A stretch of 64,000 bases of DNA, taken from NCBI GenBank assembly GCA_964423595.1, contig CAYRFI010000001.1, forward strand, positions 21,598 through 85,597, read 5' to 3'. The notes beneath the pieces are model-generated. The model ran no database searches. It saw only the letters and a program-made list of their open reading frames with translations, and was not told the DNA's origin. Source of the stretch: an uncultured Thermoanaerobaculia bacterium (lineage in GTDB: Bacteria; Acidobacteriota; Thermoanaerobaculia; Thermoanaerobaculales; Sulfomarinibacteraceae). Positions 15,049-25,215 of the stretch are shown here, piece after piece. Every line of letters starts with the position of its first letter. The first letter of the stretch is position 1. Made by a program: the position numbers and the translations under genes.

Positions 15049-18000
15049 ATGCGAAAGGTGAGACGTCTCGCGGCCGTCGTTCTGACGACGGTTGCAGCGG
15101 TCGCGATCGGCCTGTGGCTGGCGCGCGACCAGCCTCGCCGTATCGTGCAAGCGGCGCTGGCCGAACGTCTCGGTGCCGAGGTCTTGGTCGGCAACCTGCA
15201 CATCGAGGGTCTGAACGAGATCCGGCTCGGTCAGGTCGTGATTCGGATGCGCGCCGCGCCCGGCCTGCGGGAGATCCGCATCGCCGAAATCGTGGCCCGA
15301 GGTGCCGTCGGCGACATGTCCAGGGGTCGTTTCCAGTCCCTGCGATTGGTCGGCGTCGAGGTCATAGTGGACCCGGCTGCCGGCGCCGTGTGGCCGACCG
15401 CTGTCGGAAAGTCGGCGAGTCCCGCAGTGGCGCGGCTCGTACTCGTCGGCGGCCGCCTCACGCTGCTCTCGCCCGACGGTGACAGCGACATCGATTTCAC
15501 GGCTGACCTGAACGGCCTCGGAATTGTGCCGACCGGGACCGTGACGTTCACCGGCGACCGGCTGCAGCTCGATCCCCTGCTCCGGCTGGCTGGCCTCGAC
15601 CTTCCCGACAGCCTGCGGCATACTCACGTCGACGGCCTTGTCGGCGAGCTTCGTCTGGCCGCGGACCAACCGCGGTTCGCACTCAGTGCTTGTGTCGACC
15701 GAATTTCGTTGGCGGGTCGGCCAATGGACGCCGTGGCGCGGCTCGACGGTAACGTGGTCGAGGAGGCGCCGGGCGTCGTCCGCGTCGTGCTGGTGCCGTC
15801 GCTGCCGTCGGTCGGCGAGGCGCGAATCGAGGCGACGCTCGCGACATCACCGTGGAGGGTGAGGTGGTTGCGGGCCCTGGCCAACGAGATCGACGCCGCT
15901 GTCTGGTCGCTCCCACCGCTCGATCTGCCCCCGGGCTGGAGCGTGGTCGGCGGCACGATCGACCTGGAGGTTGGCGGCGATCCAGCAAGCGGGCTGGCCG
16001 TCGATGTCACGGCCCACGATCTCGACATCGTCGGTTCGGTGCCCCTTCGCGGCAACCTCGCGGGGAAGGGTGAGGTTCGGATCAACGACGCCGGGACCCC
16101 GACCGGCCGGATCGAACTCACCGGCCGGATCACGAGGCTGCCCACCGAGACCGCTCCGAACACTGTACTCGACGCCGTGCTCCCGACGACGTTAGACGCG
16201 AGGGTCGAACTGCCCTCCGAAGGTCGTCCCGTCTCCGGTTCCCTGAGGCTGGCCACCGCCGCGGCGGGCGACCTCGAGGTGACGGGCACAGCAGCGCTCG
16301 GGGCATCGGCGCCGCTCGACGCCCGCTGGAGCTGGAGCGGAGGCGATCTCGAGCATCTGGTGGACTGGTTCGCCACGGATGCAGCAGCGTTGATACCCGG
16401 GGGCCTCGTTGTGGCGGGCGAGGTGGCGGCCCGCGGACGGCTCGGCGGCAGCCTCACGGCGCCGACCGTGTCCGGAGAGGCGTGGGTCCACAATCTCGCC
16501 GTTCGCTCGCGCGGCGCAGCAGCCGCCGGTACGCCCGGCTGGCGGCTCTCCGGCGAACACCCGGTCGCCCGCTTTGCGTGGACGCGCGGGAAACCGACGA
16601 TCGAACTCGAGGTGCCCGACACCCGGCTGATCGTCGCGATCGATCCCCTGGATCCGGTGCCGGTCGCCCTGCAAGCGTCGGCGACTAGGGACACGGTGAG
16701 TGGCGGGGTAGGGCTCCGACAGGTGGTCGTCGACGCCGGCAGCCTGGGCACGGCCCGTCTCGAGGGGGACTGGCAACCTGCCGCGGCCGCGTCCGTCCGG
16801 CTGGCGGTACGGGTCGACGACCTGAGCGGCTGGCTGTCGCTTGCCGCGCCGGTTCTCGGCGACTCGCTGAGCGACGCCAACGCCTCCGGGCGCGTGACGC
16901 TCGAGCTGGAGGCGACGAGAGACGACACCGGGTGGAATCTCGACGGTCCCATCGAGGTGGCGGGAGCCGGTCTCAGCGCGGCTGACGGGAGCCGCGTGAT
17001 GGAAGGGCTCGAAGCGACGGCACAGCTGAAGGGCGCCGCCGGTTCGAGCGGCGGCCTGAGAGCGAACGTCGCCGCCACTCTGGGCGGATTCCAGCTCCTG
17101 TGGGGCACCCACTTTGCCGATTTCACCGGCCGCCAGGCGGTGGTGAAAATCGACGCGGATCGGGGTCCGGGCGGCGTCGCGGCGGTGACGGTGCAGCTCG
17201 AGCTGCGTCCCCAGGCCGCCCTGACAGGAACGGTCCGGATCGCCGCCGGAGCACCGGCCACCTGGGAGGAATCGCTGACGGTCACGGACATCGGTGGTTT
17301 CTGGGAGCGCTACGTCACGGTGCCATTCCAGGGCACCCTCGGCGCTGCGGGAAGCCTTCGACTCGAGGGCGGCGAGTTCCGGACGCGACTGAACGGCACA
17401 ATCGGCGGGGTGGTGACCGTGACCGGAGATGCGGAGCTGGACCGGCTGTCGATCGCTTCCGTGGATGACGGCTCGAACGTGGAGAATCTCCAGATCCAAC
17501 TTCCGGTGGACCTCGGTTGGGCCGAGGGCGGTGCGACGGAAGAAGGGCAACCGCACCGGGGCTCGTTCAAATTCGACAACGCGTCCGTGGGCGGAGTGGA
17601 GCTGTCGGCTACCGCGACCGAGCTCAGTGTTCTCGGGGACACCGTGACTGCGATCGGCGGCCTCCACCTCCCGGTCTTCGGCGGCGAGGTGGTGCTCGAA
17701 AATGTCGAGTTCGCCGAACTTGCACGATCGAGTCGCCACCTGGCGGCTTCGGTCGGGCTGGTCCGTATCAGCCTTACTGAGGTGGCACGGGCGCTCGGTC
17801 TGCCGCCGCTCGCGGGCGATGTCACGGGCCGCTTCCCTCGCGTGCTTTACAGCAACGGCATTCTGACAGTGGACGGGACGGGCGAGCTGTCCCTGTTCGG
17901 CGGCACGGTGACGATGCGCGGGATCACCGGCTCCGACCTGCTCACCCGCTATCCTCGCCTGAAGTTCTCGGCCGACTGGCGGGACATCGACCTCGCGCAG

Positions 18001-18450
18001 CTGACCCGCACCTTCGACTTCGGAGCGATGAGCGGCATCGTCGAGGGCCAGCTCGTCGACTGCGAGATCTTCCGCGACGTCCCGATCGGATTTCGTGGCG
18101 TTCTCCGGTCGGTACCCCGCAAGGGAGTGCCGCGGCGGATCTCGCTGAAGGCGGTCAACAACATCGCGATCGTCGGCACGGGCAGCGGCCTCGGGTTCCT
18201 CGATCGCGGCCTTCGCCGGTTCATCAGCAGTTACGCGTACCATTCCATCGGTATCGAAATGGCCCTGTCGAACGACCACTTCCTGCTTCGCGGTCTCGAG
18301 CGCCGGGGCGATCGGGAGCTGTTCGTCAAGGGCAGGTTTCCCCTGCGGCTCGACGTCGTCAACGTCCAGCCGGGCATGACGGTGTCGTTCCGGACCATGA
18401 TCCAGCGCCTCCGCACCCTTGACGTGACGACCGTGACGACGCAACCTTAG
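15049..18450 (+). CDS. YdbH-like AsmA-family giant envelope protein (putative intermembrane lipid-transfer protein)
   Basis: N-terminal anchor MRKVRRLAAVVLTTVAAVAIGLWLA. Long Gly/Val/Leu/Ala-rich beta-rich body. The C-terminal region ..GDVTGRFPRV..GELSLFGGTVTM..DWRDIDLAQLT..GIVEGQL.. is YdbH-like as I recall it. Genomic context with a YnbE/YdbL homolog immediately downstream. Confidence 0.6.
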   Translation: MRKVRRLAAVVLTTVAAVAIGLWLARDQPRRIVQAALAERLGAEVLVGNLHIEGLNEIRLGQVVIRMRAAPGLREIRIAEIVARGAVGDMSRGRFQSLRLVGVEVIVDPAAGAVWPTAVGKSASPAVARLVLVGGRLTLLSPDGDSDIDFTADLNGLGIVPTGTVTFTGDRLQLDPLLRLAGLDLPDSLRHTHVDGLVGELRLAADQPRFALSACVDRISLAGRPMDAVARLDGNVVEEAPGVVRVVLVPSLPSVGEARIEATLATSPWRVRWLRALANEIDAAVWSLPPLDLPPGWSVVGGTIDLEVGGDPASGLAVDVTAHDLDIVGSVPLRGNLAGKGEVRINDAGTPTGRIELTGRITRLPTETAPNTVLDAVLPTTLDARVELPSEGRPVSGSLRLATAAAGDLEVTGTAALGASAPLDARWSWSGGDLEHLVDWFATDAAALIPGGLVVAGEVAARGRLGGSLTAPTVSGEAWVHNLAVRSRGAAAAGTPGWRLSGEHPVARFAWTRGKPTIELEVPDTRLIVAIDPLDPVPVALQASATRDTVSGGVGLRQVVVDAGSLGTARLEGDWQPAAAASVRLAVRVDDLSGWLSLAAPVLGDSLSDANASGRVTLELEATRDDTGWNLDGPIEVAGAGLSAADGSRVMEGLEATAQLKGAAGSSGGLRANVAATLGGFQLLWGTHFADFTGRQAVVKIDADRGPGGVAAVTVQLELRPQAALTGTVRIAAGAPATWEESLTVTDIGGFWERYVTVPFQGTLGAAGSLRLEGGEFRTRLNGTIGGVVTVTGDAELDRLSIASVDDGSNVENLQIQLPVDLGWAEGGATEEGQPHRGSFKFDNASVGGVELSATATELSVLGDTVTAIGGLHLPVFGGEVVLENVEFAELARSSRHLAASVGLVRISLTEVARALGLPPLAGDVTGRFPRVLYSNGILTVDGTGELSLFGGTVTMRGITGSDLLTRYPRLKFSADWRDIDLAQLTRTFDFGAMSGIVEGQLVDCEIFRDVPIGFRGVLRSVPRKGVPRRISLKAVNNIAIVGTGSGLGFLDRGLRRFISSYAYHSIGIEMALSNDHFLLRGLERRGDRELFVKGRFPLRLDVVNVQPGMTVSFRTMIQRLRTLDVTTVTTQP

Positions 18451-18478
18451 GGAGTTTCCCGAAACGGAGGACACGAAG

Positions 18479-19111
18479 ATGAAACGCTCGATCGCAATCG
18501 GACTCGGGTGCGCCGCCGCCGTGGTGGCGTGCATCACCATCAACGTCTACTTCCCGGAAGCGGCGGTCAAGGAGCTGGCGCAGCAGATCGAGGACGAGGT
18601 GCAGAGAAAAGCGGTGAGCGAGCCCTCGCCGACCCCGGCTCCCGAGCCGACGCCGACGCCGGTAGCGGAGTCCAACATGGCCACGCACGAGAGCCTGCTG
18701 TCGTGCGTCCTCTCCCTCGGCGCGACCACTGCGTATGCGGCGCAGGACGAGGTCGCGGCGCCCGAGATCACCAACCCGGCGATCCGCAAGATCATCGACT
18801 CACGCGCCACGCGGCTCGGGGCGATCAACGCTCTCAAGGCGAGTGGCGTGATCGGCGAGGGCAACCAGGCCCTGCTCGTGGTCCGCAACCTCGATGCGAT
18901 TCAGGGGCTGAAGGAACGGGCCGACGCGCAGAAGTTGATCAAGGACGAGAACGCCGATCGCGAGCAGCTGTTCAAGGAGATCGCCGCAGCCAAGAACGTC
19001 GATCTCGCCCAGTTGCCGCAGATCCGCACCACCTATGCCGAGACCCTGCGGGAGAATGCGCACCCCGGCGACTGGATCCAGCTACCCGACGGAAGCTGGA
19101 CACAGAAGTAA
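18479..19111 (+). CDS. Fusion ORF: YnbE-like lipoprotein plus YdbL (DUF1318)-like periplasmic protein
   Basis: N-terminus MKRSIAIGLGCAAAVVAC|ITINVYFPEAAVKELAQQIEDEV (lipobox VVAC, YnbE-like ITIN motif), then a Pro/Thr linker and an internal signal-like segment MATHESLLSCVLSLGATTAYA. The C-terminus ..GVIGEGNQALLVVR...KLIKDENADREQLFKEIA...PGDWIQLPDGSWTQK is the DUF1318 signature. Confidence 0.7.
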   Translation: MKRSIAIGLGCAAAVVACITINVYFPEAAVKELAQQIEDEVQRKAVSEPSPTPAPEPTPTPVAESNMATHESLLSCVLSLGATTAYAAQDEVAAPEITNPAIRKIIDSRATRLGAINALKASGVIGEGNQALLVVRNLDAIQGLKERADAQKLIKDENADREQLFKEIAAAKNVDLAQLPQIRTTYAETLRENAHPGDWIQLPDGSWTQK

Positions 19112-19313
19112 ACAGCCGCCGCTCAGCTGCCGAGTTTCTCGTCGAGGGTCATACCGGGGGAATCGGAGCCGTCCTCGGGAGGTCGTCACCTTTTGACTGA
19201 TCGGGCCGGCGATGTACGGCGCATGAGCATACCAAACTCTCAATCAAAGGTCGCCTGTGGTGTGTGGTTTACGGCAAATGACGGCCGGGTCTTTCGATGC
19301 GCCGAATCCATGT

Positions 19314-21410
19314 TCATCGACGAGATTCACCACTCTGGGCGAGGTACTCGCGGATCGCGCGAAGGTTGCGCTCTGCCCCTGCGTGGCCCGGCATCCCCGC
19401 CGCGGCTTGCGCGAGGTTGCGCTCAGCCTCTACGTACCGGCCCATCTCGGCCAGCAGCAGCCCCAGCGAGTAAGCTACATCGTACTGCTCCGGGTAGGTC
19501 TGGAGGATCAAGCGCAGCAGGGCCTCCGCCTCGTCGTTGCGGCCCTGTGCGTTGAGCAACACCGCGAGGTTGGCCTTGGCCGGGTAGAAGAGATCGTCGA
19601 TCGAGATCGCCATCCGGTAGTACCGCTCGGCCTCGGCCGCGTCACCGAGACGGGCCGCCAGGTTGCCGAGGTTGTGGCCGGCGAATGCGAAGTCGAGCGA
19701 GTACTCCATGGCCTTCCGATACTCGGCCAACGCTGCGGCGAGAGCCTCGCGCTGATAGGGTTTCAACAGCTGATCCGGTATATCCGCAAGCTGCACCGCC
19801 GCTTGCATCCGCACCGCCCGCATCGGATCGAAGAGGAGGGGCGCGACCAGCTCGACGAACTCCTCGGGCGAGGATGCGACGACGCTCGAAACCGCCGTGT
19901 GGCGCATCAGCGGCTCGGGGTCGGCGAGAGCGATGGCAAAGGCGCGGGTGCTCTCCTCGTCCGGATACTGCCCGAGCAGCGACAGCGCGGTCGCGCGGAC
20001 GATCGCAGGATAGAGGGCGTCGCCGGCGAGCCGCACGAGTTTGTCCCTCGCCGCCGGCCGGCCCTCGCGACCGGCGGCGAGGGTCGGTCCGTAGTGCGGC
20101 TTCTTGGCCTGGCCGTACCATTTGGTGAACGCGTCCACCGACCAGCTCAGCGGCCGGTCATCGTGACAACCGCCCCGGGAGCAGGCGTTGGGGGTGGCGA
20201 GCGTCTGGCTGAGGTCGGGTCGTGGCACGCGCAGGCTGTGGTCGGCTCGCTCGTCGATGACCATGTAGGGCCGCTCGGGCATGTGGCATTTGACGCAGAG
20301 GGAGCCGTCGGAGGGCCTGCCCTCGTAGACCTTTTTGTGGAAGTGATGGTCCGGGGTGTCGTAGGCGTCGGCCCGGTGGCACTGGAGACAGAGGTCGTTG
20401 CCCTCGAACTTGAGCTTCAGACTATGGGCGTCGTGGCAGTCCGTGCATCGCACGTCGTTGGCGTACATCTTGGATTGAGTGAATGAACCCCACACGTAAA
20501 CTTCATCGAGGATCTGGCCGTCGGCATAGTAGAGGCCCTCGTCGATCAGCGACGGCAGATGACTGTCGAGCAACGCGGTGGTCGTGTGGTCCCAGTCGCC
20601 GAGCTCCGAGCGGCGTGAATGGCAGGGGGCGCAGAGCTCGACCTGCTCCCGCGAGCTGATGCCGCCGGTATGCAAGATCAGGCCGTAGTCGTCGATCTCG
20701 GGCCGCGCCATCGGCTGGATCTCGGCCCACGCCACGTGGTCCGAGCCGGGGCCGTGGCAGGCCTCGCAGCTGACGTCGATCTCGGACCAGGTGGTATTGT
20801 AGGCGTTCGACGCCGCGTCGAAGTTCTTCCGCAGATCGGTGGAGTGGCACTCGGCGCACATGCCGTTCCAGTTCTGCGCCGCGCGGGTCCAATGGAGCCA
20901 ATCGTCGGGCGGGATCACCGTGTCCGGGTAGAGGTCGAGCCACTCTCCAAGATCCGTGTCCCAGGCGATGGTCAGGCACTGCAACCGTCCGCCGGGAAAC
21001 GGCACCAGATACTGTTGCAGCGGCTCGTGGCCGAAGGTGTGGGTGATCTCGAAGTCGGCCATTTCACCGTCGGGGCCCTGGGTGTTGACGAAAAAGCGGC
21101 CGCCTCGCGTGAAGAACGTCGACGTAATGCCCTTCGACGTGAAGGCAATGTTGTCAAAACCGGCGAGCACCGTGTCCTCGGTGGCCACGTCCATCGCGAG
21201 GTCGTGGTCCGAGCCCCGCCAGCTCGCAAAGGCCGACTCGTGGCACGGCCAGCAGGTCTCGCGCCCGACGAAGATCGGGCCGCTCTCAGCCGGCTCCATG
21301 CCGGCTTCCGCTCTCCCGTTTCGGATCACCCACACCGGAACACTGAGAACGATCACCGCCGTCGCGGTGACGCCAATCAGTTTCCATCTATCGAGGGTGG
21401 TGTTCGTCAC
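19314..21410 (-). CDS. Membrane-anchored multihaem c-type cytochrome fused to HEAT-like and TPR repeats
   Basis: Seven CXXCH motifs (CWPCH, CAECH, CEACH, CAPCH, CTDCH, CLQCH, CVKCH) plus one CX4CH (CSRGGCH). N-terminal TM helix IGVTATAVIVLSVPVWVI. C-terminal TPRs (..AERYYRMAISID..NDEAEALLRLILQ..). GTG 21410 overlaps the Rieske stop (GTGA); the track ORF extends to 21518. Confidence 0.8.
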   Translation of the reverse strand: MTNTTLDRWKLIGVTATAVIVLSVPVWVIRNGRAEAGMEPAESGPIFVGRETCWPCHESAFASWRGSDHDLAMDVATEDTVLAGFDNIAFTSKGITSTFFTRGGRFFVNTQGPDGEMADFEITHTFGHEPLQQYLVPFPGGRLQCLTIAWDTDLGEWLDLYPDTVIPPDDWLHWTRAAQNWNGMCAECHSTDLRKNFDAASNAYNTTWSEIDVSCEACHGPGSDHVAWAEIQPMARPEIDDYGLILHTGGISSREQVELCAPCHSRRSELGDWDHTTTALLDSHLPSLIDEGLYYADGQILDEVYVWGSFTQSKMYANDVRCTDCHDAHSLKLKFEGNDLCLQCHRADAYDTPDHHFHKKVYEGRPSDGSLCVKCHMPERPYMVIDERADHSLRVPRPDLSQTLATPNACSRGGCHDDRPLSWSVDAFTKWYGQAKKPHYGPTLAAGREGRPAARDKLVRLAGDALYPAIVRATALSLLGQYPDEESTRAFAIALADPEPLMRHTAVSSVVASSPEEFVELVAPLLFDPMRAVRMQAAVQLADIPDQLLKPYQREALAAALAEYRKAMEYSLDFAFAGHNLGNLAARLGDAAEAERYYRMAISIDDLFYPAKANLAVLLNAQGRNDEAEALLRLILQTYPEQYDVAYSLGLLLAEMGRYVEAERNLAQAAAGMPGHAGAERNLRAIREYLAQSGESRR

Positions 21411-21901
21411 CAGCGCACCACCTGCGACGCTACGAAGCTCTGCCGCCGAATCGACTTTCTGATATCCACTTTGACGATATCGTTCTCGATCCGCACCGAA
21501 AAGATGTCCAGCGGCCACGGCGCCGGCGGGCTCAGAACATCACCGGTGATGTCGAAGGAGGACGCGTGGCACGGACACACGAAGCGATCCTCCTCTGCGA
21601 TCCACGGCACGGTGCAGCCGAGGTGGGTGCACTCGCGGTGGAGGGCCAGGAAGCCGCCATCAGCCAGCCGCGCCAGGTAGAACCTGCCCTCCGGGAAGGC
21701 GGTCACGGAGCCTGGCTCGAATCGATCCACCGGCCCGGCAACAACGATCGAGTCGGCGGCTTCATCCGTCCTCCGGCGCCGCCGGGGCTTGAAGAAATCG
21801 CCGACGATCCACACCACCTCGGCGAGCGCCACCCCCCCGAGCAGCAGCCACGCTTTGCCGAGGAATCGCCTCCGAGACGGTTCGGGAAGCATGTCGTTCA
21901 C
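21407..21901 (-). CDS. Rieske 2Fe-2S subunit of a cytochrome bc-type complex
   Basis: Twin-arginine signal SRRRFLGKAWLLLGG. Cluster ligands CTHLGCTV...CPCHASSF. GTG start. Confidence 0.88.
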   Translation of the reverse strand: MNDMLPEPSRRRFLGKAWLLLGGVALAEVVWIVGDFFKPRRRRRTDEAADSIVVAGPVDRFEPGSVTAFPEGRFYLARLADGGFLALHRECTHLGCTVPWIAEEDRFVCPCHASSFDITGDVLSPPAPWPLDIFSVRIENDIVKVDIRKSIRRQSFVASQVVRW

Positions 21902-21936
21902 GAGGTCTCTCCAACCAACGCCTGGCTCAAAAAGGA

Positions 21937-22040
21937 ACGCACAGACGCAGAGACGCGGAGACGCAGAGAAGATCTTTTCTGTCTGAGGCTTTCCTCACCA
22001 AAAAGATTCTCTGCGCCTCTGCACCTCTGCGCCTCTGCGT
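21937..22040 (-). repeat. Long imperfect hairpin of about 8-nt periodic repeats between cyt b and the Rieske gene
   Basis: Arms ACGCACAGACGCAGAGACGCGGAGACGCAGAGAAGATC (21937-21974) and GATTCTCTGCGCCTCTGCACCTCTGCGCCTCTGCGT (22005-22040). Three CTCTGCG/CGCAGAG blocks pair. Most non-Watson-Crick positions become G-U on the - strand, which is the transcribed strand. Confidence 0.7.
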
Positions 22041-22068
22041 TGAAATCAAAAGGCGACACATCACCTCA

Positions 22069-23463
22069 TCACCCCCAGGGCCAGGTGAGGGCCATGCCGG
22101 GGCCCCGGAACCAGACGCCAGTCACGGTCAGCACCGCCAACCCGACGAAAAAAAGGACAAAGACTGCCTGCACGACCTCCCCTTTGCTCGCACCAAACCT
22201 CTTGATCAACAGACTCCTGAAGCCGAACACCGCCGCGCCCACCAACACCAGCGGCACCAGACCCCGCCCGACCAAGGTCGGCAGCCCCGCACCCGGCTGC
22301 AGCACCAGCTCATCGAGGAGGATCAGGACCGGCGTCACACCCAGACCGAACGCGGCCGCCAACCCTACGGTGCGCCGGCCGGTGGCGGACAGAAACCAGG
22401 GGCCGGACAGCTCTTCGGGGTATCGCAGATAGGGAATGACCAACAGGGCCAGGGCAACCAGCGCAGGGATGACGACCACTGCGATCAGAGGGTGGAAGTG
22501 GAGCTGCAGCTCCTGGAGGCCGACAAAGTACCACGGCGCCTTGGCCGGGTTGGTGCTCATCCCGGGGTTTGCCGGCGCTCCGAGCGGCGCATCAACGAAG
22601 ACCGACAGGACGACGACGAACGCGATCAAGGCAAGGGCCGCGGCGAGCTCTCGCATCATGAGCTCTGGCAGTGTCAAGACGTTTTCGGATTTCTCGTCCG
22701 TTATCTCGTTGTCCGGGCGCGGGTCAACGACGCCTCCAGCCTTGCGCACCCGCCAGAAGTGAAAGCCCATCAGCAGCACGAGGGCGACCGGCACCAGGGT
22801 TGTGTGAAAGGAGTAGAAGATGACCAGGGTCGCCGACCCGATTTCGGAACCACCGCGCGCCATGCTCTGCAACCACCCGCCAATCCACGGCACGTAGCTG
22901 AACATTCCGGTGCAGATTGTGACGGCCCAGTAGGCGAGCTGGTCCCAGGGTAGGAGGTAGCCGGTGAAGTTGGCGGTCAGGACCCCCGCCAGCAAGGCGA
23001 GGCCGATCACCCAGTTGAAACGCCGCGGACCGTGGAATCCTCCGGTGAAGAAGACCCGCAGAAGATGAAGAAGGACCACAGCGACAAGGATGTTGGCGCT
23101 CCAGTGGTGGATGTTTCGCACCAGACCGCCGAAGAGGAACTGATCCTGGAGACCGATGACCGAGTCGTACGCCCGCTCCGGGCTCGGCTCATAGGCCAGC
23201 ATCAGCAGCACGCCGGTGCAGATCATGAGTCCGATCAGGGTCAGCGAGCTGCCGCCGAGGCCGAAGGTGTGGGTGTAAGCGAGCGTGTTGCGACGAACCT
23301 GCACCGGCCGCATATGGAGAACGAAGATTCCGAGAATTGTGCGCCGACGTTCACGGTCCGTCCGCGGTCGTATCGGCCGCGGAAAAATCGATCGCCAGAT
23401 ATCCGCCAGGAGGCTCGGTCGGCCTTGATCCTCATCGTCGGTGGGAGGTTTCGAACCCGACAT
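22069..23463 (-). CDS. Cytochrome b (fused b6/subunit-IV-type) of a bc-type complex
   Basis: ..THTFGLGG.., ..NIHHWSANILVAVVLLHLLRVFFTGGF.. (haem His pairs), ..FTGYLLPWDQLAYWA.., ..KAPWYFVGLQELQ... Start placed at MSGSKPP (23463); the track ORF extends to 23586. Confidence 0.85.
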   Translation of the reverse strand: MSGSKPPTDDEDQGRPSLLADIWRSIFPRPIRPRTDRERRRTILGIFVLHMRPVQVRRNTLAYTHTFGLGGSSLTLIGLMICTGVLLMLAYEPSPERAYDSVIGLQDQFLFGGLVRNIHHWSANILVAVVLLHLLRVFFTGGFHGPRRFNWVIGLALLAGVLTANFTGYLLPWDQLAYWAVTICTGMFSYVPWIGGWLQSMARGGSEIGSATLVIFYSFHTTLVPVALVLLMGFHFWRVRKAGGVVDPRPDNEITDEKSENVLTLPELMMRELAAALALIAFVVVLSVFVDAPLGAPANPGMSTNPAKAPWYFVGLQELQLHFHPLIAVVVIPALVALALLVIPYLRYPEELSGPWFLSATGRRTVGLAAAFGLGVTPVLILLDELVLQPGAGLPTLVGRGLVPLVLVGAAVFGFRSLLIKRFGASKGEVVQAVFVLFFVGLAVLTVTGVWFRGPGMALTWPWG

Positions 23464-23579
23464 CCCGCCGAATATAGCAAGCACAGCGACCGTTCGCCGG
23501 TTTGGCCGGCTGGGCCCCGTTGCTACAATCTCTTCACCGACACCGTGAACAGCCGGGGTGGAGGCATGGGAGAACGCTG

Positions 23580-25211
<1,632 letters not shown>

Positions 25212-25215
25212 AGAG

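Noticed and set aside
16192-18543. 783-aa - strand ORF, and the similar long antisense ORFs 766-2400(-), 15624-17291(-), 40071-41663(-), 44105-46462(+), 58996-61113(+), 19257-20486(+) and 20619-21680(+)
   Set aside because: All overlap genes with clear family signatures on the other strand, have compositionally biased (R/G/P/A-rich) translations, and lack recognisable domains, signals or SD-linked starts.
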